Source: Arenicellales bacterium
GTDB taxonomy: Bacteria; Pseudomonadota; Gammaproteobacteria; Arenicellales; JAJDZL01
NCBI GenBank assembly: GCA_965214875.1
Contig: OZ243980.1
Location: 1,231,572-1,295,571, forward strand
Reading direction: 5' to 3'
Length of the DNA stretch: 64,000 nucleotides
Made by a program: the position numbers and the translations under genes. How positions within the stretch are numbered: position 1 is the first letter of the stretch; each line of letters begins with the position of its first letter. Shown piece by piece: positions 24,235 to 33,878 of the stretch. The notes under the pieces are model-generated. The model was not told the DNA's origin, searched no databases, and saw only the letters and a program-made list of their open reading frames with translations.

Positions 24235-25011
24235 ATGGCCAAGATAAGATTGCCGAAAAACTCGAGGATTCGCAAGGGACGGAATTTTCCGTCTGAGTCA
24301 TCAGGTAGAAACAAAAAGACATTCCAGATTTACCGCTGGAATCCAGAATCGGGCGAATCGCCTAGTACCGACAGCTACGAACTCGACCTTGACCAATGCG
24401 GCCCGATGGTGCTAGATGCCCTGATCAAGATTAAAAACGAAGTGGACTCGACCTTGACCTTCCGCAGGTCGTGTCGCGAAGGAATTTGCGGTTCTTGCGC
24501 CATGAACATTGATGGCACCAACACCTTGGCTTGCATCAAGCCGATCGAGGATGTTTCGGGCACGGTGAACATCTACCCGTTGCCGCATATGGAAGTTGTC
24601 AAAGATCTGGTGCCGAACCTGACGCATTTCTATGCCCAGTATGCCTCCATAAAACCATGGTTGCAAACCAATTCGCCGTTGCCGGACCGCGAGACTCGCC
24701 AATCTGTTGAAGAGCGTGCTCGGCTTGACGGACTTTATGAATGCATTCTGTGCGCGTGTTGCTCGACCAGCTGCCCGAGCTATTGGTGGAACAGCGACCG
24801 CTACTTGGGGCCCGCGATCTTGCTTCAGGCTTATAGGTGGATAGCTGACAGCCGCGATGAAGCGATCGGCGATCGGCTAGACGAGCTTGAAGATCCGTTT
24901 CGACTTTATCGCTGCCATACCATTATGAATTGCACGAACACATGCCCGAAGCATCTCAATCCAGGCAAGGCGATCGCCGAGATCAAAATGCTGCTTGCCT
25001 CCCGACATTGA
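24235..25011 (+). CDS. sdhB: Succinate dehydrogenase iron-sulfur subunit
   Basis: [45 protein letters not shown] cysteine clusters. ATG at 24235 preferred over the ORF-track TTG at 24229. Confidence 0.95.
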   Translation: MAKIRLPKNSRIRKGRNFPSESSGRNKKTFQIYRWNPESGESPSTDSYELDLDQCGPMVLDALIKIKNEVDSTLTFRRSCREGICGSCAMNIDGTNTLACIKPIEDVSGTVNIYPLPHMEVVKDLVPNLTHFYAQYASIKPWLQTNSPLPDRETRQSVEERARLDGLYECILCACCSTSCPSYWWNSDRYLGPAILLQAYRWIADSRDEAIGDRLDELEDPFRLYRCHTIMNCTNTCPKHLNPGKAIAEIKMLLASRH

Positions 25012-25280
25012 CGTGCAGCCGCCGCGTTTCCCGCAATCGGCTAATTTGGCGGTGTCGTCAAGGAACGCGCGAACTAGACACGTTGCTTTTGCGATTTATC
25101 GAGCGGAATTACGAACTGTTATCGCGAGAAGAGATCATTGCGTTTAGCGAACTGATCGAGTGCGGCCACGATGAATTGAATCTGTGGGTGCTGGACAATG
25201 TGATGCCGCCAGACGAGCGGTATGAGAAGATGATTGATCGCATCAAGCGAGACTATGAAGTCGGACGATGTGATCTTTGA
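25008..25280 (+). CDS. sdhE: FAD assembly factor SdhE (SDHAF2/YgfY family)
   Basis: ...[52 protein letters not shown] matches the SdhE RGxxE motif region. Start uncertain; TTG at 25008 overlaps the sdhB stop. Confidence 0.8.
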   Translation: MTCSRRVSRNRLIWRCRQGTRELDTLLLRFIERNYELLSREEIIAFSELIECGHDELNLWVLDNVMPPDERYEKMIDRIKRDYEVGRCDL

Positions 25281-25392
25281 GCTGGATGATCTTGCCAGCG
25301 ATTTGTTTTGCAAGGATGATTTGGTTGATTCATAGGGTGGAAGTTGCGCTTTGGCAATCTTTAACTGTTGTTGTGCGACGGATATTGCGATA

Positions 25393-27039
25393 ATGGCTAT
25401 AAAAAACGGAGACCGCCCGCGCGGACAGCAGCTGATCGAGCTGCCGCAGTTCAACAAGGGTACCGCGTTTACTAGGCGGGAGCGCATCGAAAATGGCTTG
25501 CTTGGTCTGTTGCCGTATCACGAAGAGTCTCTTGAACTTCAAGTCGAGCGCGCGTACAGGGCCTTCGGAGCGAAACCGAATGACCTTGAAAAGCATATCT
25601 ATCTGAGGCAAGTTCAAGACTTGAACGAAACGCTGTTCTACAGCTTGGTGATCAAGTATGCCGCGGAGATGATTCCCATCATCTACACGCCCACTGTCGG
25701 CGATGCCTGCCGTCTTTTTTCGGAAATCTACCGCAAGCCCCGCGGTTTATTCATCAGCTATCCTGAGCGCGAGCATATAGACTCGATCCTTGGAAACGTA
25801 TCCAACGAATCTGTTGAAATTGTTGTGGTGACCGACAGCGAATCAATTCTGGGCATTGGTGACCAGGGAGTCGGTGGCATGGGGATTCCTATTGGCAAGC
25901 TATCCTTGTATACGGCGCTTGGCGGTATCGACCCCAACGTGTGCCTGCCGATTCTGCTGGACGTTGGAACCAATAATCAAGAATTGTTGCAAGATCCGCT
26001 ATATGTCGGCTGGCAGCACGATCGCGTTCGAGGTAAGGAATACGATGACTTTATCGATTTGGTGCTGATGTCGTTGCACAAGAAGTGGCCCAATGCTGTC
26101 GTGCAGTTTGAAGATTTTGGACCCTCTAACGCCACTCGGCTGCTTGAAGCATACATTGACCAGCTTTGCTGCTTCAATGACGACATTCAAGGCACCGCAG
26201 CGGTTACGGTAGGCAGCCTGATGTCCGGCTGCTCTACGGCTGGCAAGAAGTTGCAGGATTGCAAGATTGTCATAGTCGGGGCAGGTTCTGCAGGTTGCGG
26301 AATCGCCCGCGGATGCACACGAATGATGGAGGCCGACGGCCTTTCGCCTGGTCTTGCATCGCGTTCCGTCTATCTGGTTGACCGCGATGGATTGTTGCGC
26401 GAGGACTCGCCTTCCGTGCAACCCTATCAGCGACCATTCGTGCGCAGCGTTTCGGAATTTTCGGACTGGAAAGGCGGCATGGATCTGATTGATGTAATCA
26501 GGAACGTTGCTCCCGACATACTCATCGGGGTTTCTGGACAGTCTGGACTGTTTACCCGAGAGGCGGTTCTCGCCATGGATTCTCGTACCACGCGGCCGAT
26601 AATTTTTCCGCTTTCGAACCCGACAGTTCGGGCTGAGGCAACTCCGGCGAACATAATCTACTGGACTGATGGCCGCGCTTTAGTTGCAACTGGAAGCCCG
26701 TTTGCGCCAGTCACCTATGGCGGTGTCTGCTACAACATTGCTCAGTGCAATAACGCCTATGCTTTTCCTGGAATCGGACTCGGCTTAACGGCGGTGCATG
26801 CACGGCGCGTAACAAACGAAATGCTGACGGCTGTTGCTCGGGTCATTGGGGATTCGAGCGGAGGAAGTTTGCAAATTGGCGATTCACTTTTGCCCGAATT
26901 GGATGGTATCCGGTCATTGAGCCGGAGTATTGCGATCGAAGTCGCGCGTATTGCGGTGGATCGGGGGCTTGGCGTTGTGCCGGATGGGCAGAGTGTCGAA
27001 AGCTTGGTTGACGCTAAGGCTTGGCTTCCGGGTTATTGA
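25393..27039 (+). CDS. maeA: NAD-dependent malic enzyme
   Basis: FNKGTAFTRRERIENGLLGLLP, IIYTPTVGDAC, VVTDSESILGIGDQGVGGMGIPIGKL, FNDDIQGTAAV, VGAGSAGCGIA. ATG at 25393 preferred. Confidence 0.93.
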   Translation: MAIKNGDRPRGQQLIELPQFNKGTAFTRRERIENGLLGLLPYHEESLELQVERAYRAFGAKPNDLEKHIYLRQVQDLNETLFYSLVIKYAAEMIPIIYTPTVGDACRLFSEIYRKPRGLFISYPEREHIDSILGNVSNESVEIVVVTDSESILGIGDQGVGGMGIPIGKLSLYTALGGIDPNVCLPILLDVGTNNQELLQDPLYVGWQHDRVRGKEYDDFIDLVLMSLHKKWPNAVVQFEDFGPSNATRLLEAYIDQLCCFNDDIQGTAAVTVGSLMSGCSTAGKKLQDCKIVIVGAGSAGCGIARGCTRMMEADGLSPGLASRSVYLVDRDGLLREDSPSVQPYQRPFVRSVSEFSDWKGGMDLIDVIRNVAPDILIGVSGQSGLFTREAVLAMDSRTTRPIIFPLSNPTVRAEATPANIIYWTDGRALVATGSPFAPVTYGGVCYNIAQCNNAYAFPGIGLGLTAVHARRVTNEMLTAVARVIGDSSGGSLQIGDSLLPELDGIRSLSRSIAIEVARIAVDRGLGVVPDGQSVESLVDAKAWLPGY

Positions 27040-27086
27040 ATCGAGGGTCTCAGGTTCGCAAAAAGTTCATCGTGGGCATCTGGGTT

Positions 27087-28652
27087 TCAAGCCGGCTCGG
27101 TCCGGATGCCGACCAGGTTGCGCTCGCCGCGGCCGAATGCCAGCGCTACAAGGTGGACCGGCTCGTTGCGGTCGCGGTACTTGTCGGCATAGCCGCGCTC
27201 GCGCATCTGCGCCAGCGCCGGCCCCGCATCGCCGCCCGCCTGCGCCACCTTGAACTCCAGCACGAACACCTGCCCCTCGTGCAGCAGCGTCATGTCCGAA
27301 CGCCCGCGGCGCGACGCGTCCTCCAGCCTCATATCCATGCCCACCGCGCGAAACGCCATGAACAGCATGCTCGCATAGTGCGCCTCGAACCGCTCCACCT
27401 CGCCGGCGTCATACCACTGGTGCGGCACCCCCGACAAATACGCCTGCAGCCGCTCGGCAAAGCCCGCAAAGTCGTTCGCCGCCAGCAAGTCGCCCAGCTC
27501 CTCGCCGCGGCTTTCCGCCTCCAAGTCCCGGTCCGTCACATGCTTGAGCAGACTCGAGCTTAAGCTTTGCCGGACCTCCTGGTTCGGATAGTCGAGCGTG
27601 AACATCCGCCCGCGCTTCCGGCGCTCCTCGCCGACGATCGTCAAATACCCCGACTGGAACATCAGCGCCTCGACCTCGATGCCGTCGATATCGAACCTCG
27701 AAATCAGATCCGATTTCGCCACCCGGTTCTCAAGCGACATCGGATCGACCTTGCGCCGCACCAGCAAGTCCAGCAGGACTGCCGGCGAGCCGGTCTCGAA
27801 CCAGTGCGACTCGAACTCGCGCTCATCGAACAGCAGCAGCACGTCGTGCGGGTTGTACACCTTCTCGCCGCCGCGCCAGCTGTAGCCGTTGTACCACCGC
27901 CTGACCTCGTCGCGGTCAAGGCCCTCGAGCTCCGGCGCGAACACCGCATCAAGCTCCTCTTCGGTGAACCCGCAGATGCTCGAATAGCGGGGATTGAGAC
28001 TGATGTTTTTCAGATTGTTCAGCCCCGAGAACAGGCTGACCTTCGTGAACATGCTCACGCCGGTGACCAGCACGAACCGGACATGCTCGGCGTTGTCCTT
28101 AATCACGCCGTAGAACCCGCGCAGATAGTCGCGGTTCTTTTCCGCCAGATTAGGATCGATTAGAGCATCCAGAATCGGCTTGTCGTACTCGTCGACCAGC
28201 ACGACTACCTGCCTGCCAGACTTGCGGTGCAGGTTGATCAGCAGGTTTTCAAGATACTCCGGACCTGAACTGTCGAACAGCTTCTTGGGCAGGTCGGCCG
28301 TCTCTTCGATGTTTCTCAACTTGTTGAGAATGCTGCCTTGAAGATCGCCAGATTCGCCATACTTAGCACCGAAGCTGAGTCGCAGCACCGGATTCCGCGC
28401 AGACCAGTCCCACCGGTCGTGTACTGCCAGTCCCCGAAACAGCTCCTCGCGGCCCTCGAACAGGCTCTTGATCGTGTCAACAAGCAGGCTTTTGCCGAAC
28501 CGGCGCGGGCGAGACAGAAAATAGTGGCGCCCTTCGTCCACCAGCTGCGTGATCAGCGGCGTCTTGTCCACATAGTAGTAGCCTCCCTCGCGAATCGTCC
28601 GGAAGTCCTGAATTCCATCCGGCAACCGGCGGCGACTCAAAGACTGCTGCAT
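27087..28652 (-). CDS. Predicted AAA-ATPase with C-terminal PD-(D/E)XK nuclease domain (AAA-ATPase_like + PDDEXK_9 architecture)
   Basis: N-terminus LPDGIQDFRTIREGGYYYVDKTPLI...YFLSRPRRFGKSLLVDTIKSLFEG. C-terminus ...RGRSDMTLLHEGQVFVLEFKV...RERGYADKY. Intact 521-aa frame. Much higher G+C than both flanks. Confidence 0.85.
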   Translation of the reverse strand: MQQSLSRRRLPDGIQDFRTIREGGYYYVDKTPLITQLVDEGRHYFLSRPRRFGKSLLVDTIKSLFEGREELFRGLAVHDRWDWSARNPVLRLSFGAKYGESGDLQGSILNKLRNIEETADLPKKLFDSSGPEYLENLLINLHRKSGRQVVVLVDEYDKPILDALIDPNLAEKNRDYLRGFYGVIKDNAEHVRFVLVTGVSMFTKVSLFSGLNNLKNISLNPRYSSICGFTEEELDAVFAPELEGLDRDEVRRWYNGYSWRGGEKVYNPHDVLLLFDEREFESHWFETGSPAVLLDLLVRRKVDPMSLENRVAKSDLISRFDIDGIEVEALMFQSGYLTIVGEERRKRGRMFTLDYPNQEVRQSLSSSLLKHVTDRDLEAESRGEELGDLLAANDFAGFAERLQAYLSGVPHQWYDAGEVERFEAHYASMLFMAFRAVGMDMRLEDASRRGRSDMTLLHEGQVFVLEFKVAQAGGDAGPALAQMRERGYADKYRDRNEPVHLVALAFGRGERNLVGIRTEPA

Positions 28653-28975
28653 GATTGAAATCCTTTATTCGAATATCTTTTCAAGCGGAAGCAGGGAACG
28701 GGCAGCTCCGCATTCCGATATCGCGAAACTTGTTCATTAGATTTGATGCGGTCAATCGTCTGTAAAGGCGAAGCCATCGCGAGCTGGCAACAAAATCAAG
28801 CTCCTGCTTAACAAAAATCACTTTTTGAATATTGTATTAAGATTTGACCCTCTGACCAAATTGCGAGAATGCCTGTTCTGTCAAAAAGTGCCATGAGTCA
28901 TGTAACGGCTATTGCTTTGAGCGGCGTTAAGGTGTCAGCCATCCCTGTTGCAAAAAAAATCAGTCATCAAACCGC

Positions 28976-30586
28976 TCAACGTGGAGGCGGTTCAAGAACC
29001 GTATCGCGCATAAACCGATCGTCCGCTTTAGGATAGTCGAGAGTGCTGTGCAGTCCGCGGCTTTCCTTGCGTTCTAAGGCGCATCGCACGATAAGCTCGG
29101 CAACCAAGACGAGATTTCTCAGCTCGATCAAGTCGCGGTTAACGCTGAAACTGCTGTAGAAGTCCCGAACTTCGTCTGCAAGCAGTTTAACCCGGTGTAG
29201 CGCACGAACCAAACGCTTGGTCGTGCGGACAATGCCCACGTAGTCCCACATGACGCGTCGCAATTCGTCCCAATTGTGCGCAATGACAATCAATTCATCT
29301 GGGTCGCTAACCAGACTTGCATCCCATGGCGGCAGACTGTCTTCTGGCGGGTTGCTGTCCGAAGCGCTGCGGTCGATGTCCTTAAACGCAGCATGCGCGA
29401 AAACAAGACACTCCAGAAGCGAGTTGCTGGCAAGCCGGTTTGCGCCATGCAATCCGGTAGATGCGGATTCTCCAATAGCATATAGCCTGTCAATATCGGT
29501 CTTTGCTTGGTGATTGGTGACAATTCCGCCGCAGGTATAGTGCGCAGCCGGCACAACCGGAATCGGCTCGGTTGCGATGTCGATCCCGAATGAGGCGCAC
29601 TTGGCGAGAACATTGGGAAAATGAGCTTCCAAAAACGAGCGCGACTTGAATGAAATGTCGAGATAGACATTGTCGAGTCCGGCGCTTTTCATTTCGCGGT
29701 CAAGGGCTCGAGCAACGATGTCTCGCGGCGCGAGCTCTTCGCGCTCATCATAGCGTTGCATGAATCGTTCGCCGCTGGGCAGGATAAGTTTGCCGCCTTC
29801 GCCACGTATCGCCTCGGTAATCAAAAACGACTTGGCATGCGGGTGATAGAGGCAGGTCGGATGGAATTGGACAAACTCTAAATTTGCTATGCGGCATCCA
29901 GCTCGCCATGCCATCGCGATCCCGTCGCCCGTGGAGGTGTCCGGATTGCTGGTATACAGGTAGGTTTTGGAGGCGCCTCCGGTCGCGAGCACGCAATAGC
30001 GAGATGCAACGGTGTGCACCTCGTTGCTCTTGATGTCAAGCACGTAGAGTCCTCGACATGCCTTTCCGGAACGCGAGTCGGGCGATGCTCTTGTGATCAA
30101 TTCAATCGCGATGTAGTTTTCTAAAACCAGAATGTTGGGCTGGCTTTCGATTTGACTGACCAAGGTGTTTTCGACATCTCGGCCGGTAGAGTCCGCGGCA
30201 TGAATGACTCGTCGCCTAGAGTGCCCGCCTTCCTTGCTCAGATGAAACTCGGAAGCGTGTTTCCCGGACTCGGCGCGGCGAGAGAAGAACACGCCGTTAT
30301 CGACCAGCCACTGGATTGATTCGGGTCCGCGGTTGACCACAAATTCGACAGTCGCCTTATTGCAAAGCCCGGCACCGGCGGTCAAGGTGTCTTCGACATG
30401 AGACTCGAAACTGTCATCCAGGCCCCATACCGCCGCTATTCCCCCTTGCGCGTAATAGCTTGAGTTTTCCTTAAGGGCATCTTTTGTGATGATGACGATC
30501 TTGTATCCGGCATTCGCGGCATTGAGCGCTAAAGTCAATCCTGCAAGCCCGCTGCCGACGACGGCAATGTCTGATGAATATTGCAT
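28976..30586 (-). CDS. nadB: L-aspartate oxidase
   Basis: DIAVVGSGLAGLTLAL, YAQGGIAAV, HGANRLASNSLLECLVF. Divergent from rpoE as in enterobacteria and pseudomonads. Confidence 0.95.
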   Translation of the reverse strand: MQYSSDIAVVGSGLAGLTLALNAANAGYKIVIITKDALKENSSYYAQGGIAAVWGLDDSFESHVEDTLTAGAGLCNKATVEFVVNRGPESIQWLVDNGVFFSRRAESGKHASEFHLSKEGGHSRRRVIHAADSTGRDVENTLVSQIESQPNILVLENYIAIELITRASPDSRSGKACRGLYVLDIKSNEVHTVASRYCVLATGGASKTYLYTSNPDTSTGDGIAMAWRAGCRIANLEFVQFHPTCLYHPHAKSFLITEAIRGEGGKLILPSGERFMQRYDEREELAPRDIVARALDREMKSAGLDNVYLDISFKSRSFLEAHFPNVLAKCASFGIDIATEPIPVVPAAHYTCGGIVTNHQAKTDIDRLYAIGESASTGLHGANRLASNSLLECLVFAHAAFKDIDRSASDSNPPEDSLPPWDASLVSDPDELIVIAHNWDELRRVMWDYVGIVRTTKRLVRALHRVKLLADEVRDFYSSFSVNRDLIELRNLVLVAELIVRCALERKESRGLHSTLDYPKADDRFMRDTVLEPPPR

Positions 30587-30758
30587 GATTAGCGAGCGAT
30601 TTCAAAGTATTCAATCGAACTATTCATCGATTTTACTTGATGGTCGAATTGGAACGAAGGCGATTGAAGGCGTGGGTTCAATGCCCGATTGTTTAAATCA
30701 GCTTTAAGTTGCGCCAGTGTCGGTTCGGTCAAGTATTATTCACCGATCGAAACTTACT

Positions 30759-30786
30759 GAACTTTTTGAGCGCTTGCGTTGTCTAT
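30759..30786 (+). promoter_or_regulatory. Candidate sigma-E (ECF sigma-24) type autoregulatory promoter
   Basis: GAACTT (30759-30764), a 16-nt spacer, then GTCTAT (30781-30786), compared with the RpoE/AlgU consensus GAACTT-N16/17-TCTGA/TCAAA. Lies about 50 nt upstream of the rpoE-like ATG. Confidence 0.4.
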
Positions 30787-30836
30787 GCGTATGTTAATAC
30801 ATTGGCGATGCGTAGGCGCGTCACGTCAAGCAGACA

Positions 30837-31604
30837 ATGCGAAAAGACGATATAGACGAAGCTTATATTCGCGAACTAATTCAGGCGATACAAAGCAGAT
30901 TCGAGCGAGCTGCGGAGTTGAAAAGGCAGTTGGCCGCTGCGATTCAATCGGGCGATCGTGCAGCAAAGCGTGCGATCGACAAAGAATTGACCCGTATCAG
31001 GCTTGAAGATGACGGTGCTTGGCGAATTATCGTAAACAAATACCAGTTTGAATTGGGGGACTTTCTTGCAAGAAAGTTCGGCAGTCTAAACCATTTTGAT
31101 CTGCAGGAAATTGTGCAAGAGACCTATGCTAGAGCAATCACCCGAATCAATCTTTTCAGCTGGCGCTCCTCGTTCAAGACATGGCATTTCACGATTGGCC
31201 GGAATTTGGCATTGAATTTGATTGAAAAAATAAAGCACACTCCGACAGCTCAAGGCATTTCATATGACGAGTTTTCTTCGCAAGGTTCCCGCGATGATGA
31301 GGATGGGGGCGGGTCGGCAGGCTGGTCCATGGGTGCGAGCACGGTGCACAAAGCGACCTACCATTCAGAAGACCCCGAATCGCTAGCCATTCGCAACGAA
31401 ACCGCCCGCAGCATCGCCAAGGCCATCGATAGTCTGACACCGAAATTGAAAGAAGCGCTTATTTTGTGCGATGTTGAATTGAAAACATACGAAGAGATTT
31501 CACGGATAACCAATACTAAAGACGGCACCGTGCGTTCGCGCATCAATCGGGCGCGGACTAAAGTATTCGAGGAGACGGGCATAGAGCTTGGCAAGCACAA
31601 GTAG
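30837..31604 (+). CDS. rpoE: ECF sigma factor, RpoE/AlgU-like but divergent
   Basis: Region 2 (IVQETYARAITRINLFSWRSSFKTWHFTIGRNLALN) and region 4 (LKEALILCDVELKTYEEISRITNTKDGTVRSRINRAR). Followed by rseA- and rseB-like genes. The N-terminus may be shorter if an internal TTG is the real start. Confidence 0.85.
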   Translation: MRKDDIDEAYIRELIQAIQSRFERAAELKRQLAAAIQSGDRAAKRAIDKELTRIRLEDDGAWRIIVNKYQFELGDFLARKFGSLNHFDLQEIVQETYARAITRINLFSWRSSFKTWHFTIGRNLALNLIEKIKHTPTAQGISYDEFSSQGSRDDEDGGGSAGWSMGASTVHKATYHSEDPESLAIRNETARSIAKAIDSLTPKLKEALILCDVELKTYEEISRITNTKDGTVRSRINRARTKVFEETGIELGKHK

Positions 31605-31659
31605 AGCAGATAGAGCGTCTATCAATTGATAATTTGCACATCACTTTTTCGCCACCACT

Positions 31660-32262
31660 ATGGATAAGCAGCAATTAAACGATCTATCGAGCCTGATGGA
31701 TAATGAATGCAGTGCAGAGCAAAGCAAGAAATTGCTTGAGGAGCTCTGCCACGATACCCGCCTTCAGCAATGCTGGCGACAGTATCACTTGATTCGGAGC
31801 GTTTTGCGAAATGAGCGATCCAGCTACCTTTATGATACGGATGCTGCTTGTGCGGCGCTCGCTATCGCGCGGCGTGAGCAGACGGGCATTAGCCCGACCC
31901 AGCAGCGCGGTTTGGTCGAAATTTTGCGTGAAGCTGTAGCGTGTGTAGTGCAATCGATGCGACAGGCGCCGGTTTGGTTCGGCGGCGGCGCAGTAGCGGC
32001 CAGCTTGGCAGCTGTCGCTTTTTTTGCGAATCCGCCATATGGCGAATATCCTGGAGCGTCTACAAATATAGCGCAGGATAGTCGCAATGCCGAGCTGATT
32101 CCGGATGTTTCAGTTGATCGGACCCGATGGCGGTCTGACATCTCATTGAGCGCCTATCAGCAGGATCTGCTCAGCACAATGATGCTGAGCCATACGGATT
32201 TCGCGGTCGACGATCGCCTGAATCACTTGCAGCTCGTTGCCTATGACCGCAGCATAAACTGA
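31660..32262 (+). CDS. rseA: Anti-sigma-E factor RseA-like
   Basis: N-terminus LSSLMDNECSAEQSKKLLEELCHDTRLQQCWRQYHLIRSVLRNE (RseA_N-like), with a central TM helix WFGGGAVAASLAAVAFFA. Position is consistent with the rpoE operon. Confidence 0.7.
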   Translation: MDKQQLNDLSSLMDNECSAEQSKKLLEELCHDTRLQQCWRQYHLIRSVLRNERSSYLYDTDAACAALAIARREQTGISPTQQRGLVEILREAVACVVQSMRQAPVWFGGGAVAASLAAVAFFANPPYGEYPGASTNIAQDSRNAELIPDVSVDRTRWRSDISLSAYQQDLLSTMMLSHTDFAVDDRLNHLQLVAYDRSIN

Positions 32263-32267
32263 TTTGA

Positions 32268-33317
32268 TTGCACGGCGAATCGCAACTTGTTTGGCATAAC
32301 CTCTTGTTTGATATTTCTTTGCGCAATCTAGCCCTAACCATAGGATGTGTCGTAGCGCTTGCTGCGGCTTCGGGCCTTGTGCATGCGGCTGAGACGCTTG
32401 AAAACCTGCTCTTGAAAATGCAAAACGCTGCGCTTGAATATGATTATCGCGGCACTTATGTCTACTCCCACATGGACAACAAGGAGGTTGTCAGTATTGT
32501 TCATGTTGTCGATGAGGCTGGATTCAAGGAGCGTTTGGTGTCCATGAATGGCATTTCGCAAGAGATCGTTCGTACTGGCTCCGGCATCTGGTGCTATTTC
32601 CCGGATACCAAGCAGGGCTACTACAAAGCTGATGCATCGTCGGTGTTTCGCTCGTCCGCCATCGATCCTTCACAAATCAGCCAGTTCCAAAAGAACTATA
32701 GAATCGAGATGCGTGAATCCCGGCGCATGATCGGGCGTCAGGCTGATCGAGTCACATTTCATCCGAAGGATCAATATCGCTACGGACTTGACCTGTGGAT
32801 TGATCGAGCTACAGGTTTAGTGCTGAGATCGGACCGACTCGATCATGATGCAAAGATGGTCGACAGTTACATGTTTGTCGAGTTGCAACTTGGTGATGGC
32901 GAGCCGCTATGGGATACAGATTGGACAAATAGTGGCATCGATTTCATATGGAACTTTGACCAGCAAAGCGTCCTTCGTGCCGAAGCATCCGACTTTCCAT
33001 GGGAGATAGGGATGGTGCCGGATGGTTACCGGAAGATTGAGCACAGTCGCACGCCCGCTGACGGCGCGGGTGCCGATCGTGAGCATCTGGTGTTTTCGGA
33101 TGGCCTGTCAAGCGTCTCGATATTTTTTCGCATGGCCGCCGCCGGCTATCGTGAAGAGGTTCTTGATGGGATGAGTCGATTGGGTGCGGTTCATGCCTAC
33201 AGTCGAGTCATAGGGCCGCACAACATCACGGTAATCGGTGAAGTCCCGGATTCGACAGTTCGTTCTATTGGTGATTCCATTGTGTGGAAACAGCGACCAT
33301 TCCAAACCGGTCACTGA
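32268..33317 (+). CDS. rseB: Sigma-E regulatory protein RseB/MucB
   Basis: Signal peptide ...VALAAASGLVHA, then LLLKMQNAALEYDYRGTYVYSH..., as in the MucB/RseB family. Start uncertain (TTG candidates). Confidence 0.85.
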   Translation: MHGESQLVWHNLLFDISLRNLALTIGCVVALAAASGLVHAAETLENLLLKMQNAALEYDYRGTYVYSHMDNKEVVSIVHVVDEAGFKERLVSMNGISQEIVRTGSGIWCYFPDTKQGYYKADASSVFRSSAIDPSQISQFQKNYRIEMRESRRMIGRQADRVTFHPKDQYRYGLDLWIDRATGLVLRSDRLDHDAKMVDSYMFVELQLGDGEPLWDTDWTNSGIDFIWNFDQQSVLRAEASDFPWEIGMVPDGYRKIEHSRTPADGAGADREHLVFSDGLSSVSIFFRMAAAGYREEVLDGMSRLGAVHAYSRVIGPHNITVIGEVPDSTVRSIGDSIVWKQRPFQTGH

Positions 33318-33487
33318 CAAAGTGTTGCATCCATTTTTGCGCAAACAATTCATGCGCCAGCCGTTGCAGGTCGCGCTGAACACTTAGACTAAGAATTTGC
33401 CGGGACGCATAGCGCGGGAAGAAAAATAAAGCAATTATCTCTAAATCTAACCACAAAAAGGGATAGCGTCTCAGTTTGAAAATCACC

Positions 33488-33625
33488 CCAGATTTTTTCC
33501 ACGCTATTGCATATTTGTCCGGAGCGGTGTCGGGATTGCTTGCCGGGTCTGGAAAATGCGGGTGTCGGCGGGGCTTCGAGATCGGCAGGGCGGAGGATTC
33601 GGGGATTGGGCGGGTCCGGCGGCAA
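33488..33625. repeat. About 138-bp IS terminal module, copy 1 (copy 2 at 37544-37680)
   Basis: CCAGATTTTTTCCACGCTATTGCATATTTGTCCGGAGCGG... aligns with CCAGGTTTTTCCCACGCTATTGCATATTTGCCCGGAGCGG... at 37544, with scattered mismatches (not counted). Marks the left edge of the G+C-rich island. Confidence 0.7.
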
Positions 33626-33838
33626 GGCGAGGCCTTGCGCGATGCCGATTTGCGGACCCGAAGGCGATCCGGGCGCTGCTGAAAAGGTACTTGAGAATTT
33701 CCGAGCGGTCCGGCGCCAGCGCGATGCTGTTGCACAGCGCCGAGCTGGTCGGGCCGTGCCCGGTGCGCATCCGGCCGCCGTCTTCAACGAAGGCGGTGTC
33801 GCGGATGAAGCGGTTCTTGTTCTCGATGACCCGTTGCT
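33626..33838 (-). pseudogene. C-terminal fragment of an ISAs1-like (DDE) transposase
   Basis: Minus-strand peptide QQRVIENKNRFIRDTAFVEDGGRMRTGHGPTSSALCNSIALA resembles the HW-IEN-LHWV-RDV-F-ED-SR-RTG tail of ISAs1/H-repeat-type transposases. Cut off at 33839 by a solo IS481 end. Confidence 0.5.
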
Positions 33839-33878
33839 GTCCGGGTTCAGATACATGCGGGACCGCCCGCCTCCTCCC
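33839..33878. repeat. Solo IS481-family terminal repeat
   Basis: TGTCCGGGTTCAGATACATGCGGGACCGCCCGCCTCCTCCC is the reverse complement, with a few mismatches, of 35609-35649, the end of the fuller IS481-like copy. Confidence 0.65.

Noticed and set aside
25281-25350. GCTGG...CCAGC stem followed by GATTTGTTTT as an intrinsic terminator after sdhE
   Set aside because: The stem is only 5 bp and the U-tract is interrupted, which is too weak to call.
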